Part shown: positions 1 to 7,674 of the stretch, in pieces
How the letters are laid out: each line of letters starts with the position of its first letter
Numbering within the stretch: the first letter of the stretch is position 1
Made by a program: the position numbers and the translations under genes
Notes under the pieces: generated by a model
Database searches by the model: none
Told to the model about the DNA's origin: nothing
The model's input: the letters and a program-made list of their open reading frames with translations, nothing else
Assembly (NCBI GenBank): GCA_964345045.1
Contig: CAYFPM010000001.1
Coordinates: 108,215 to 172,214, forward strand
Length of the DNA stretch: 64,000 nt
Direction of reading: 5' to 3'
Origin: an uncultured Gammaproteobacteria bacterium
GTDB lineage: Bacteria; Patescibacteriota; Patescibacteriia; Magasanikbacterales; UBA922

Positions 1-885
1 TCGGAAAACGAAGTTAATATCCACAAAGAAGTTTGCAAGGCTCTTGGTCTAAAGGGAAGAATTTTGATGAATGAAGATGGAATAAACGGAACCGTTGGTG
101 GTAGAAAAGAAGCTATAGAAATGTATAAAAGCTACATGGACAATCATAAGATTTTTAAAAATATTGATTGGAAAGAAAGTACTAGTGAAATTGAGCCATT
201 TCCAAAATTGAGAGTACGCTATAGAAAAGAAATTATTACCACAGACGCCAAAGAAGATATAGATATTTGTGCCAGAGGCAACCATGTAGATAGAGACACT
301 TTTCATGGGTGGTTGAAAAATAACGAAGACATGGTGATACTCGATATGCGCAATGATTATGAATGGGAAATTGGCAGATTTGTAAATTCAGTTCGTCCAC
401 CAATGAAATATTTTCGTGATCTAAAGGACAACATGGATTTTTATGATCAATTCAAAGATAAAAAAATTGTAATGTTTTGTACAGGAGGAATTCGTTGTGA
501 ACCGGCTAGTGCTTATTTTATTGCCAAAGGTTTTGATCCCAAAAATCTTTATCAACTAGAAGGTGGAATTGTAAAGTACGCCGAGAAGTATGGTAACGAA
601 GGTTATTACGAAGGTAAATGTTTTGTGTTTGACGAACGTTTGGCTGTGCCGGTAGACACTAGTGAAAACGCCAAGATTATTGGGAACTGTTTACACTGCA
701 ATAATTCTTGCGATGTGTATCGCAATTGTGCCAACCGTAATTGCAACCAGCTTTTTATTGGTTGCAACGAGTGTACAATTGAATTTGAAAATACTTGTTC
801 GGCAGAATGCCAAGCTGTAATAAAAAATCCAGCCGAGATAAGACCTCCTAGAGTTGGGGCAAAAGTGTTGCATAGGAATAAATAA
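1..885 (+). CDS. trhO: tRNA uridine(34) hydroxylase TrhO (rhodanese domain; 5' end truncated by window edge)
   Basis: Frame 1 reads through from base 1 (..KEVCKALGLKGRILMNEDGINGTV..). Rhodanese active-site loop CTGGIRCE and a C-terminal Cys-rich tail typical of YceA/TrhO are present. Confidence 0.7.
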   Translation, partial: SENEVNIHKEVCKALGLKGRILMNEDGINGTVGGRKEAIEMYKSYMDNHKIFKNIDWKESTSEIEPFPKLRVRYRKEIITTDAKEDIDICARGNHVDRDTFHGWLKNNEDMVILDMRNDYEWEIGRFVNSVRPPMKYFRDLKDNMDFYDQFKDKKIVMFCTGGIRCEPASAYFIAKGFDPKNLYQLEGGIVKYAEKYGNEGYYEGKCFVFDERLAVPVDTSENAKIIGNCLHCNNSCDVYRNCANRNCNQLFIGCNECTIEFENTCSAECQAVIKNPAEIRPPRVGAKVLHRNK

Positions 886-890
886 TATTT

Positions 891-989
891 CTCCCCCTAT
901 TAGGGGGAGCTCGCCTGCCCCGATCGAAGCATCGGGGAGGGGGTCTGGAATAAGATTTGACCCCACCTAACCTCCCCTGATAGGGGAGG
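891..989. repeat. Composite GC-rich hairpin repeat (CTCCCCCTATTAGGGGGAG ... CCTCCCCTGATAGGGGAGG); 77-nt core has an inverted copy at 50324-50400
   Basis: Reverse complement of 50324-50400 aligns to 891-967 with few mismatches. The small palindromes are visible directly. Confidence 0.8.
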
Positions 990-1018
990 AAAAAAAAATC
1001 CGCTTTACGGATTTTTTT
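990..1018. terminator. Bidirectional intrinsic terminator between trhO (+) and rpmB (-)
   Basis: AAAAATCCG-CTTTAC-GGATTTTTTT hairpin flanked by A-run and T-run. Confidence 0.6.
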
Positions 1019-1049
1019 GTTACATGCTGCGTGTTACAGGCTACATGCT

Positions 1050-1214
1050 TTAGGCGGCTTGTTTGGCCAAGGTGCGGATGCATTTGGTGCATACAAGCAT
1101 ATTGCCCATTTTTTGTACGTTTACATTTTGGCGACGTAAGGTTTTGTTTTTGGCGTGGCTGCGGTTGGCAGCTTTTTGAGAACCTTTGTCGCATCTTTCA
1201 CATTTTTTGGCCAT
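1050..1214 (-). CDS. rpmB: 50S ribosomal protein L28
   Basis: Internal start MAKKCERCDKGSQKAANRSHAKNKTLRRQNVNVQK matches the L28 family. The longer 69-aa ORF has a non-conserved N-terminus. TATAAT lies 3 nt upstream of the ATG on the minus strand. Confidence 0.75.
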   Translation of the reverse strand: MAKKCERCDKGSQKAANRSHAKNKTLRRQNVNVQKMGNMLVCTKCIRTLAKQAA

Positions 1215-1405
1215 AGGATTATAGAGGCTAGAAAGGCTGGAGAGGCTATATATGCCCAAACAGCTTATTTACACTTTGATATAAATTATGAATGCATATA
1301 TAATATGCAAATACAGTGAAGCGATTATATATTGTAAACGCTGACTTGTCAAGTGTAAGCCTCTCAAGCCTCTTTGGCTGCTTTAGCTTCTTAAGCCTTT
1401 TTCTC

Positions 1406-2026
1406 ATGTCTTTCTTACCCCTTATATTCTTCTTTATTGTTATTATCCCCTCGGCGATCCTGCACGAGTATATGCATGGTTGGGTAGCCGACCAGCTAGG
1501 AGACCCTACGGCTAGGTATGCTGGCCGCCTTACTCTAGATCCTAGATCTCATATAGATCCTATGGGTACTTTTATTATGCCAATTGCTTTGTTTTTGCTT
1601 AGTGGTGGTAGTTTTATGTTTGCCTATGCCAAGCCGGTTCCCTACAATCCATTCAATTTGCGTGCTGGCAGATGGGGGCCACTATACGTGGCTGTTGCCG
1701 GTCCATTATCCAATTTTTTATTAGCTTTTGTATTTGGGCTTATTATTCAATTTGTACCGGTTTCTGCCAGTTTGGCTTCTGTACTTTCTATTATTGTGTA
1801 TGCCAATGTTTTGCTCGGCGTGTTTAACTTGGTTCCAATTCCACCGCTCGACGGCTCCAAAGTTTTATTTGCCTTACTCCCAGACTCAGCTTATCGTATC
1901 AAAGCTGGGCTAGAGCGTTATGGTTTTGTAATTCTTATTTTCTTTGTTTTCTTTTTCTTTCGTATTATTAGTCCAATTATAAATTATCTTTTTTATCTTT
2001 TTACCGGTGGAGTAGGAGGATTCTGA
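1406..2026 (+). CDS. Zinc metalloprotease, peptidase M50 (site-2 protease) family; possible longer form from GTG 1316
   Basis: HEYMHGW (HExxH) lies in the first TM segment and an LDG motif (PPLDGSKV) is present downstream. The protein is polytopic and hydrophobic. Confidence 0.6.
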   Translation: MSFLPLIFFFIVIIPSAILHEYMHGWVADQLGDPTARYAGRLTLDPRSHIDPMGTFIMPIALFLLSGGSFMFAYAKPVPYNPFNLRAGRWGPLYVAVAGPLSNFLLAFVFGLIIQFVPVSASLASVLSIIVYANVLLGVFNLVPIPPLDGSKVLFALLPDSAYRIKAGLERYGFVILIFFVFFFFRIISPIINYLFYLFTGGVGGF

Positions 2027-2065
2027 TTTTGACGCATGACACTTGAAACTTGACACAATTTTGTC

Positions 2066-2110
2066 TAATCAAAAAAAGCCTACTTATGTAAGCTTTTTTT
2101 GATTGATTTC
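2066..2110. repeat. AT-rich hairpin repeat/terminator copy 1 (AATCAAAAAAAGCCTACTTATGTAAGCTTTTTTTGATTG)
   Basis: Near-identical copies at 2494-2540 and 3089-3135. Stem is AAAAAAAGC/GCTTTTTTT. Confidence 0.8.
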
Positions 2111-2132
2111 GATGGGGCATGCTTGCTTATCT

Positions 2133-2441
2133 CTAGAGCTCTGTGAGGCGCCTTTGGATCTCTTCTAGTAGCAAGCGTGCTTTGCTGAAGTTGTAGCCGT
2201 GTGTTCTGGCAGCCTTTCGCGCCTTGTCGCTATTTGGATCACCTGCTATTGCGGCTTCGTAGCTAACTCCGGCAACCAGCGATGTTGTAGCTAGCTCACT
2301 AACCATGGCAGACAAGCTCATGGTTGAAAGTTGCCCTGGCACTTCTTGCTGGGCAGCTGCTGTGCCTGTGGTGTAGAAGTCACCTCTTAGGTATTCCAGA
2401 TCAGTTGAGTCTTGTTCAAAATCATCGGGCAATAGTCCCAT
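2133..2441 (-). CDS. Hypothetical protein (about 50% GC, strong AAGGAG RBS); island gene
   Basis: ORF with AAGGAG 7 nt upstream of the ATG. GC is far above the native background. No recognisable domain. Confidence 0.45.
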   Translation of the reverse strand: MGLLPDDFEQDSTDLEYLRGDFYTTGTAAAQQEVPGQLSTMSLSAMVSELATTSLVAGVSYEAAIAGDPNSDKARKAARTHGYNFSKARLLLEEIQRRLTEL

Positions 2442-2493
2442 CGAAAGATCTCCTTGTTTTTAAACTAGTTTTTTTGTACTTTTTTGTCAAATA

Positions 2494-2540
2494 TCAAAAA
2501 ACAAAAAAAGCCTACTTATGTAAGCTTTTTTTGATTGGGG
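2494..2540. repeat. AT-rich hairpin repeat/terminator copy 2
   Basis: Same 36-nt core as 2070-2105. Confidence 0.8.
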
Positions 2541-2569
2541 TCGATTGTCGAGTTTGTTATTCAGGCGAG

Positions 2570-3046
2570 TCATCGACCATCTCCTTCTACTCCTTTATCT
2601 GTTTCAAACAGATTCCAGTACCTATCAATAAGAGCGGTTCTGTCGGCTACCCCCAATTCACGGCAAAGTTTTCTGACATGATACTTGATAGTTCTAGTTT
2701 TCACGTTAGGGACAAGTTGCTCAGCTATCTCTCTGTTTGAGAGTCCTTCTGCTAGTAGAGTCCAGACTTCCATCTGTCTTTTTGATATGGATTCTGGTTT
2801 GGGGTTTTTTGGTTTTTGATCCGAGCATCTTTTGTGTCTGGCAATCAAATCGTAGGATGTAGAGCAGCCCTTCACTTTTTTTAGGATATTTTGGATATGA
2901 AATTTGACTGTTCTTGGGTTGAGACCCAGTTGATCAGCTATTTCTTGGTTGGTGGGCTTTTTGCTTGGAGAAGTGAGTAGGTCGTAGACCTGCCTCTGCA
3001 TACGAGTGAGACCAAGAGGGTCTTTTTTTGTATGTATGTTTGCCAT
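2570..3046 (-). CDS. Transcriptional regulator with two tandem LuxR/GerE-type HTH domains
   Basis: Two repeats of the L(T/S)xRExEVxxLLAxGxSNxEIAxQLxxSxxTVKxHxxNIxxKL pattern (residues about 15-65 and 90-145). Confidence 0.6.
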   Translation of the reverse strand: MANIHTKKDPLGLTRMQRQVYDLLTSPSKKPTNQEIADQLGLNPRTVKFHIQNILKKVKGCSTSYDLIARHKRCSDQKPKNPKPESISKRQMEVWTLLAEGLSNREIAEQLVPNVKTRTIKYHVRKLCRELGVADRTALIDRYWNLFETDKGVEGDGR

Positions 3047-3088
3047 TACACAAATATAAAAGCATATTTTTTTATTTAAATCAAGCTT

Positions 3089-3135
3089 TGAGAATCAAAA
3101 AAAGCCTACGTATGTAAGCTTTTTTTGATTGGGGC
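3089..3135. repeat. AT-rich hairpin repeat/terminator copy 3
   Basis: Same core with one substitution (CTACGTATG). Confidence 0.8.
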
Positions 3136-3214
3136 CGAGTTGTGTGTTCTGTCACTTCTCGGCAGAGGTTCTCCTTTCTTTGCGTCGGTTCTGAGCGGGG
3201 GCGTCAGCTTCCGA

Positions 3215-3934
3215 TCAGCCCTCGACGTCGAGGTAGCTGGGTTCGTCCTGCCCGGGGCGCGAGCGCGAGAAGAGCCAATCGATGCAGGGCTTGATGGCGC
3301 CCACCATCTTGGCTTCATCGAGCTGTCCCATGAAGCTGGGAATGCGGAACGAATACCCCGGCATAGGCAGACGAGAATCCGTAGTATTGTAGTTCCGTTC
3401 TTGCGTGGTGTTCAAGAGACCTGCCGTCCGAAATGAGTTCGCTCCTGGAGCAGACGCGAGCCCAATACGACCAAGGGGGCTACGGTGGGCCGTCTTTTTG
3501 ATCGCTTTGTGCTCCCATTTGAATTTGGCGACGAAGCGAATGTCTCGTTCGTCAATGGCGGAGTGTTGGATCGAGAGATCCACATTGTCCCAGTCGATGA
3601 GATCTCCAGCCGACTGGAGAGAGTCTGCTCCTTGATCGGCGGGGGTGCTTTCGGTTCCCACGGTGTAGAGGACTTTTCGACCATCCTCCATGAGCGAGAC
3701 CCTCACCCCCTTCTTGAGGGGGATCTGGGTTGTTGCCGAGAGGTGGTATTTCGGAGTCTCCTTGGTCGCGGTGACCAAGATCGCGCGGCCGTTATCGGCC
3801 GGGGACACCTGGATGTTTCCTTCCGGGATGTCCGCGAAGACGGTGATTTTCTCTCGGCACTGGTCGGCCGCCATCGAGGTGGTCGGGCTGAAGATGAATA
3901 GGCTCAAAAGAGCCAAAATCAGGCTACGATACAT
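3215..3934 (-). CDS. Secreted hypothetical protein (signal peptide; about 60% GC; AAGGAG RBS)
   Basis: N-terminal MYRSLILALLSLFIFSPTTSMA signal peptide. Strong SD is present. GC is far above the flanking DNA. Confidence 0.55.
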   Translation of the reverse strand: MYRSLILALLSLFIFSPTTSMAADQCREKITVFADIPEGNIQVSPADNGRAILVTATKETPKYHLSATTQIPLKKGVRVSLMEDGRKVLYTVGTESTPADQGADSLQSAGDLIDWDNVDLSIQHSAIDERDIRFVAKFKWEHKAIKKTAHRSPLGRIGLASAPGANSFRTAGLLNTTQERNYNTTDSRLPMPGYSFRIPSFMGQLDEAKMVGAIKPCIDWLFSRSRPGQDEPSYLDVEG

Positions 3935-4032
3935 CGTGTACTCCTTGCGGCCAAAGCCGCTTTGTTGCTTGCTTACTCCCCATCAAATAATGGCAGCTCG
4001 CAGCTAAAAAATATATCAGTAAAATAAGTTTT

Positions 4033-4077
4033 TGTCAACCTCTATTGACAAAAAAAAGTATATATAGTAGAGTGTAG
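4033..4077. promoter_or_regulatory. Divergent sigma70-like promoters with back-to-back -35 boxes (TTGTCAACCTCTATTGACAA); plus-strand TTGACA-N18-TAGAGT
   Basis: Palindromic paired TTGACA hexamers. A TATATT -10 lies on the minus strand about 17 nt from its -35. Confidence 0.45.
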
Positions 4078-4215
4078 CCAATCTATTGGGGTTGCTTTGC
4101 AAGCCCTAGAACGGAGTATCCAATCTGTATCATTAAAAAATGCTATAGAATTGGAGAAGTGCCTCGGGTCAGTCCTGGGAGACACGTTCGAGAATTCTTC
4201 TACAAAAAAGATTTT

Positions 4216-4245
4216 CGAGCCTCCGTACCAACGGAGATTTTTATT
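4216..4245 (+). terminator. Intrinsic terminator/attenuator hairpin (CTCCGTACCAACGGAG + ATTTTTATTT) in the rpsL upstream region
   Basis: 6-bp GC stem with a 4-nt loop followed by a T-rich tract. Confidence 0.45.
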
Positions 4246-4249
4246 TATT

Positions 4250-4337
4250 AAAGAAGCTGTAGAAGCCAGAAAGGCCAGAGAGGCTAGAATGCCTCTTAAG
4301 CCTCTTAAGCTTCTTAAGCCTCCCAAGCTTTTAATAT
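4250..4337 (+). promoter_or_regulatory. 95-bp periodic (9-nt) leader element abutting the rpsL start codon; copy 1
   Basis: AAGAAGCTGTAGAAGCCAGAAAG GCCAGAGAG GCTAGAATG CCTCTTAAG CCTCTTAAG CTTCTTAAG CCTCCCAAG CTTTTAATAT-ATG. About 90% identical to 4748-4843. Confidence 0.7.
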
Positions 4338-4757
4338 ATGCCAACAATGAATCAGGTGTTGCGCAAGGGCAGAAAGAAAAAGACTACCAAGTCAAAATCT
4401 CCTGCCATGCAATTCACCTACGACAGTTTGCACCGCAAGAAAACAGACTTGCGTAGAGGTGCTCCATTCAAAAGAGGTGTTTGTATCAAGGTAACAACCA
4501 AAACACCAAAAAAACCTAACTCTGCGTTGCGTAAGGTAGCTCGTGTCAGACTATCTAACGGAACCGAAGTTTGGGCTTATATCCCAGGTGAAGGACATGG
4601 ATTGCAAGAACACTCTGTAGTTCTAATCCGTGGAGGAAAAGTAAAAGACCTTCCAGGTGTAAAATATCATGTGGTTCGCGGTGTGTACGACACAACCGGA
4701 GTCGAGAATCGCAAACGTAGCCGTTCACTATACGGAACTAAGAAACCTAAATCATAA
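4338..4757 (+). CDS. rpsL: 30S ribosomal protein S12
   Basis: [14 protein letters not shown]...[11 protein letters not shown]...[25 protein letters not shown]. Canonical S12. Confidence 0.95.
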   Translation: MPTMNQVLRKGRKKKTTKSKSPAMQFTYDSLHRKKTDLRRGAPFKRGVCIKVTTKTPKKPNSALRKVARVRLSNGTEVWAYIPGEGHGLQEHSVVLIRGGKVKDLPGVKYHVVRGVYDTTGVENRKRSRSLYGTKKPKS

Positions 4758-4843
4758 AGAAGCTGTAGAAGCCAGAAAGGCTAGAGAGGCTAAAAAGCCT
4801 CCTAAGCTTCTCAGGCCTCTTAAGCCTCTCAAGCTTTTAAAGT
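4748..4843 (+). promoter_or_regulatory. 95-bp periodic leader element abutting the rpsG start codon; copy 2
   Basis: Direct repeat of 4250-4337, ending AAGCTTTTAAAGT-ATGCCAAG. Confidence 0.7.
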
Positions 4844-5329
4844 ATGCCAAGAGGAAAAAGAATTCCGAAACGTGTAGTTTCTCCAGATTCAAGATACAAC
4901 AGTGTGCTTGTTTCCAAGTTCATTAATTTTGTAATGGAAAGAGGTAAAAAAACTGTAGCCGAAAAAATAGTGTACGGTGCTTTTGAAAAACTTGCCGAAA
5001 AGAAAAAAGGCGACGCTATTAAACTATTTGAACAAGTATTAGACATAATTAGACCACAAGTAGAGGTACGCTCTCGTAGAGTTGGTGGTGCCAACTACCA
5101 AGTACCTATGCCAGTAGCCAGTCATCGCCAAAACGCTTTGGCTTTTCGTTGGCTAGTAGGTGCTGCCAAAGCCAGAAGTGGCAAAACCATGCAAGACAAA
5201 CTAGCTATGGAAATGATGGATGTACTAGAAGGAACCGGTGGAGCTGTAAAGAAAAAAGAAGACGTCATTCGTATGGCCGAGGCCAACAAAGCCTTTGCCC
5301 ACTTCGCCAGATTTGGTGGCAGAAGATAA
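4844..5329 (+). CDS. rpsG: 30S ribosomal protein S7
   Basis: MPRGKRIPKRVV...VEVRSRRVGGANYQVP...AFAHF. Canonical S7. Confidence 0.95.
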   Translation: MPRGKRIPKRVVSPDSRYNSVLVSKFINFVMERGKKTVAEKIVYGAFEKLAEKKKGDAIKLFEQVLDIIRPQVEVRSRRVGGANYQVPMPVASHRQNALAFRWLVGAAKARSGKTMQDKLAMEMMDVLEGTGGAVKKKEDVIRMAEANKAFAHFARFGGRR

Positions 5330-5335
5330 TTAATA

Positions 5336-5427
5336 ATTAGTTCATCGCCAATAGCCAATAGTTAATAGTTATTAGATATAACTAAAACAAACGATTGGCT
5401 ATGAACGATGAACGATGAACTATTTAT
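5336..5427. repeat. Palindromic 90-nt intergenic element (AGTTCATCGCCAATAGCCAATAG ... ATTGGCTATGAACGATGAACT), family copy 1 of 4
   Basis: Long imperfect inverted repeat. Related copies at 24352-24458, 27318-27415 and 28912-28984. Confidence 0.75.
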
Positions 5428-7503
5428 ATGGCTAGAGAATATACCCTAGAAAAAACCCGCAACATCGGGATCATGGCGCATATCGACGCCGGAAAAACTA
5501 CTACCACCGAACGTGTCTTGTTTTATACTGGTAAAAAACACAAAATCGGTGAAACTCATGACGGTGAATCCGACATGGACTGGATGGAACAAGAAAAAGA
5601 GCGTGGTATTACTATTACTTCTGCTGCTACCACTTGTTTCTGGCAAAATAATCGTATCAACATTATCGATACTCCAGGTCACGTAGACTTTACTGTAGAA
5701 GTAGAGCGTTCACTACGTGTACTAGATGGTGCTTGTGCTGTTTTTGATGGTTCACAAGGTGTAGAACCACAAAGTGAAACCGTATGGCGCCAAGCCGACA
5801 AATACAAAGTACCTCGTATTTGTTTTGTAAACAAAATGGACAAAATGGGTGCAGATTTTTATATGAGTCTTAACTCAATTTTGGAACGTTTATCAGACAA
5901 AGCTGTTGCTATCCAACTTCCAATCGGAGCGGAAGGCGAATTTAGCGGTGTAATCGATCTTATCGAAAGAAAAGCTTCTAAATTTGAAGGCAACATGGGG
6001 ATCAATGTAGTAGAAATGGAAATCCCTGCCGACATGAAAGACCAAGTAGAAGAGTACCGTGCCAAAATGCTGGAAAAAGTAGCCGAAGCCGATGAAGAAA
6101 CCATGAATGCTTACCTAGAAAACGGTGACCTAACTACAGAACAAATCAAAGCTGCTATTAGAAAAATGGTAATTGCCGATGAACTTTATCCAGTATTATC
6201 TGGTTCTGCACTTGCCAACATTGGTGTACAAAAGATGCTAGATGCTGTTATCGATTACTTGCCATCTCCATTGGAAGTACCACCGCTAGAAGCAACTGAT
6301 GTAAATGACGAAAACAAAAAAGTAGAAATCAAACCAAGTGATGATGAAGCTTTTACTGCCTTGGCTTTCAAAATTGCTACTGATCCATACGTAGGAAAAT
6401 TGGCTTTTTTCCGTGTTTATTCTGGTTCTGTAAAAGCTGGTACCTATGTAGTAAACACTTCAACCGGTGCCAAAGAACGTATTGGTCGTATTGTTCGTCT
6501 ACATGCCAACAGCCGCGAAGAAGTAGACGAAGTATATGCTGGTGAGATTGCTGCTGCTATTGGTTTGAAATCTACCACTACCGGTAACACTCTTTGTGCC
6601 GAAAATCGTCAAGTAGTTTTGGAAAATATTAGTTTTCCAGAACCGGTTATCCATATTGCTATTGAACCAAACACCAAGCAAGATGCCGAAAAAATGAGTT
6701 TGGCTCTACAAAAATTGGCAGAAGAAGACCCAACCTTCAAGGTTCATACCGACGAAGAAACCATGCAAACTATTATTTCTGGAATGGGGGAACTTCACCT
6801 AGACATTATTGTAGATCGCATGAAACGTGAGTTTGGTGTAGAGGCCAATGTTGGTGCTCCGCAAGTAGCTTACAAAGAAACTATCCGTTCCGGTGCAGAA
6901 GGAGAAGGTAAATATGTAAAACAATCTGGTGGTCGTGGTCAATACGGTCACTGTTGGATCAAATTGGAACCAATGGAAGAAGGTGCAGACTTTGAATTCA
7001 TTGACGAAATCAAAGGTGGTACAATTCCAAAAGAATTTATTGGTCCTATCCAAAAAGGTATTAAAGAAGCTATGAGCAAAGGTATTGTAGCTGGTTACCA
7101 AATGGTAGATATCAAAGCTACAGTATACGATGGTAGTTACCATGATGTAGACTCTAGTGAAGTTGCCTTTAAAATGGCCGGATCTATGGCTTTTCAAGCT
7201 GCTGCCAAAAAAGCAGAACCTGTACTACTAGAACCGATCATGAAAGTAGAAGTAACTACTCCAGAAGAAAACATGGGAGACGTAATTGGAGACTTGTCTT
7301 CCAAACGTGGTCAAGTTCAAGAAATGACAGACCGTGGACAAAGCAAGGTAGTTCGTGCCGAAGTACCTTTGTCAGAAATGTTTGGTTATGTAACCAACCT
7401 ACGTAGTATGACCCAAGGTCGTGCCAGCTCCAACATGGAATTTTCTCACTACGCCGAATGTCCTAAAAACGTTGAGGCGCAGGTAGTAGAAGGTAAAAAG
7501 TAG
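5428..7503 (+). CDS. fusA: Elongation factor G
   Basis: [28 protein letters not shown]-motifs and a full-length EF-G architecture. Confidence 0.95.
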   Translation: MAREYTLEKTRNIGIMAHIDAGKTTTTERVLFYTGKKHKIGETHDGESDMDWMEQEKERGITITSAATTCFWQNNRINIIDTPGHVDFTVEVERSLRVLDGACAVFDGSQGVEPQSETVWRQADKYKVPRICFVNKMDKMGADFYMSLNSILERLSDKAVAIQLPIGAEGEFSGVIDLIERKASKFEGNMGINVVEMEIPADMKDQVEEYRAKMLEKVAEADEETMNAYLENGDLTTEQIKAAIRKMVIADELYPVLSGSALANIGVQKMLDAVIDYLPSPLEVPPLEATDVNDENKKVEIKPSDDEAFTALAFKIATDPYVGKLAFFRVYSGSVKAGTYVVNTSTGAKERIGRIVRLHANSREEVDEVYAGEIAAAIGLKSTTTGNTLCAENRQVVLENISFPEPVIHIAIEPNTKQDAEKMSLALQKLAEEDPTFKVHTDEETMQTIISGMGELHLDIIVDRMKREFGVEANVGAPQVAYKETIRSGAEGEGKYVKQSGGRGQYGHCWIKLEPMEEGADFEFIDEIKGGTIPKEFIGPIQKGIKEAMSKGIVAGYQMVDIKATVYDGSYHDVDSSEVAFKMAGSMAFQAAAKKAEPVLLEPIMKVEVTTPEENMGDVIGDLSSKRGQVQEMTDRGQSKVVRAEVPLSEMFGYVTNLRSMTQGRASSNMEFSHYAECPKNVEAQVVEGKK

Positions 7504-7535
7504 AATAAGCAGAGTAAGTAGTAAGCAGAGTAAGT

Positions 7536-7567
7536 AAACCCAGCTCAGAGAGGAGCTGGGTTTTTGG
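7536..7567 (+). terminator. Intrinsic terminator after fusA
   Basis: ACCCAGCTC-AGAGAGG-AGCTGGGT followed by TTTTT. Confidence 0.7.
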
Positions 7568-7674
7568 TTATGTAGTTTGTAAGATTGTGTTTTATTGAAT
7601 TAACTGATATATTGCTTAAGCTGCAATTTTATGTTATGATTTTTTAAATATATAAATTTTAATTATAAACATCT

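Noticed and set aside
691-966. ORF 691-966 (-) and ORF 50304-50519 (+) sharing the peptide NLIPDPLPDASIGAG(E/Q)LPLIGGE
   Set aside because: Both are read-through translations of the inverted GC-rich repeat pair (891-967 / 50324-50400). The similarity is DNA repeat identity, not a conserved gene.
4250-4850. Possible CRISPR array (short regularly spaced repeats)
   Set aside because: Units are 9 nt with no spacers, only 3-4 units, and the whole block is duplicated as a unit. This is not CRISPR architecture.
4097-4926. ORFs 4097-4456 and 4669-4926 encoding [12 protein letters not shown]...PLKPLKLLKPPKLL peptides
   Set aside because: They are translations of the 9-nt periodic DNA repeat and overlap the rpsL/rpsG starts in other frames. 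Periodic-repeat coding is an artefact, not evidence of protein.
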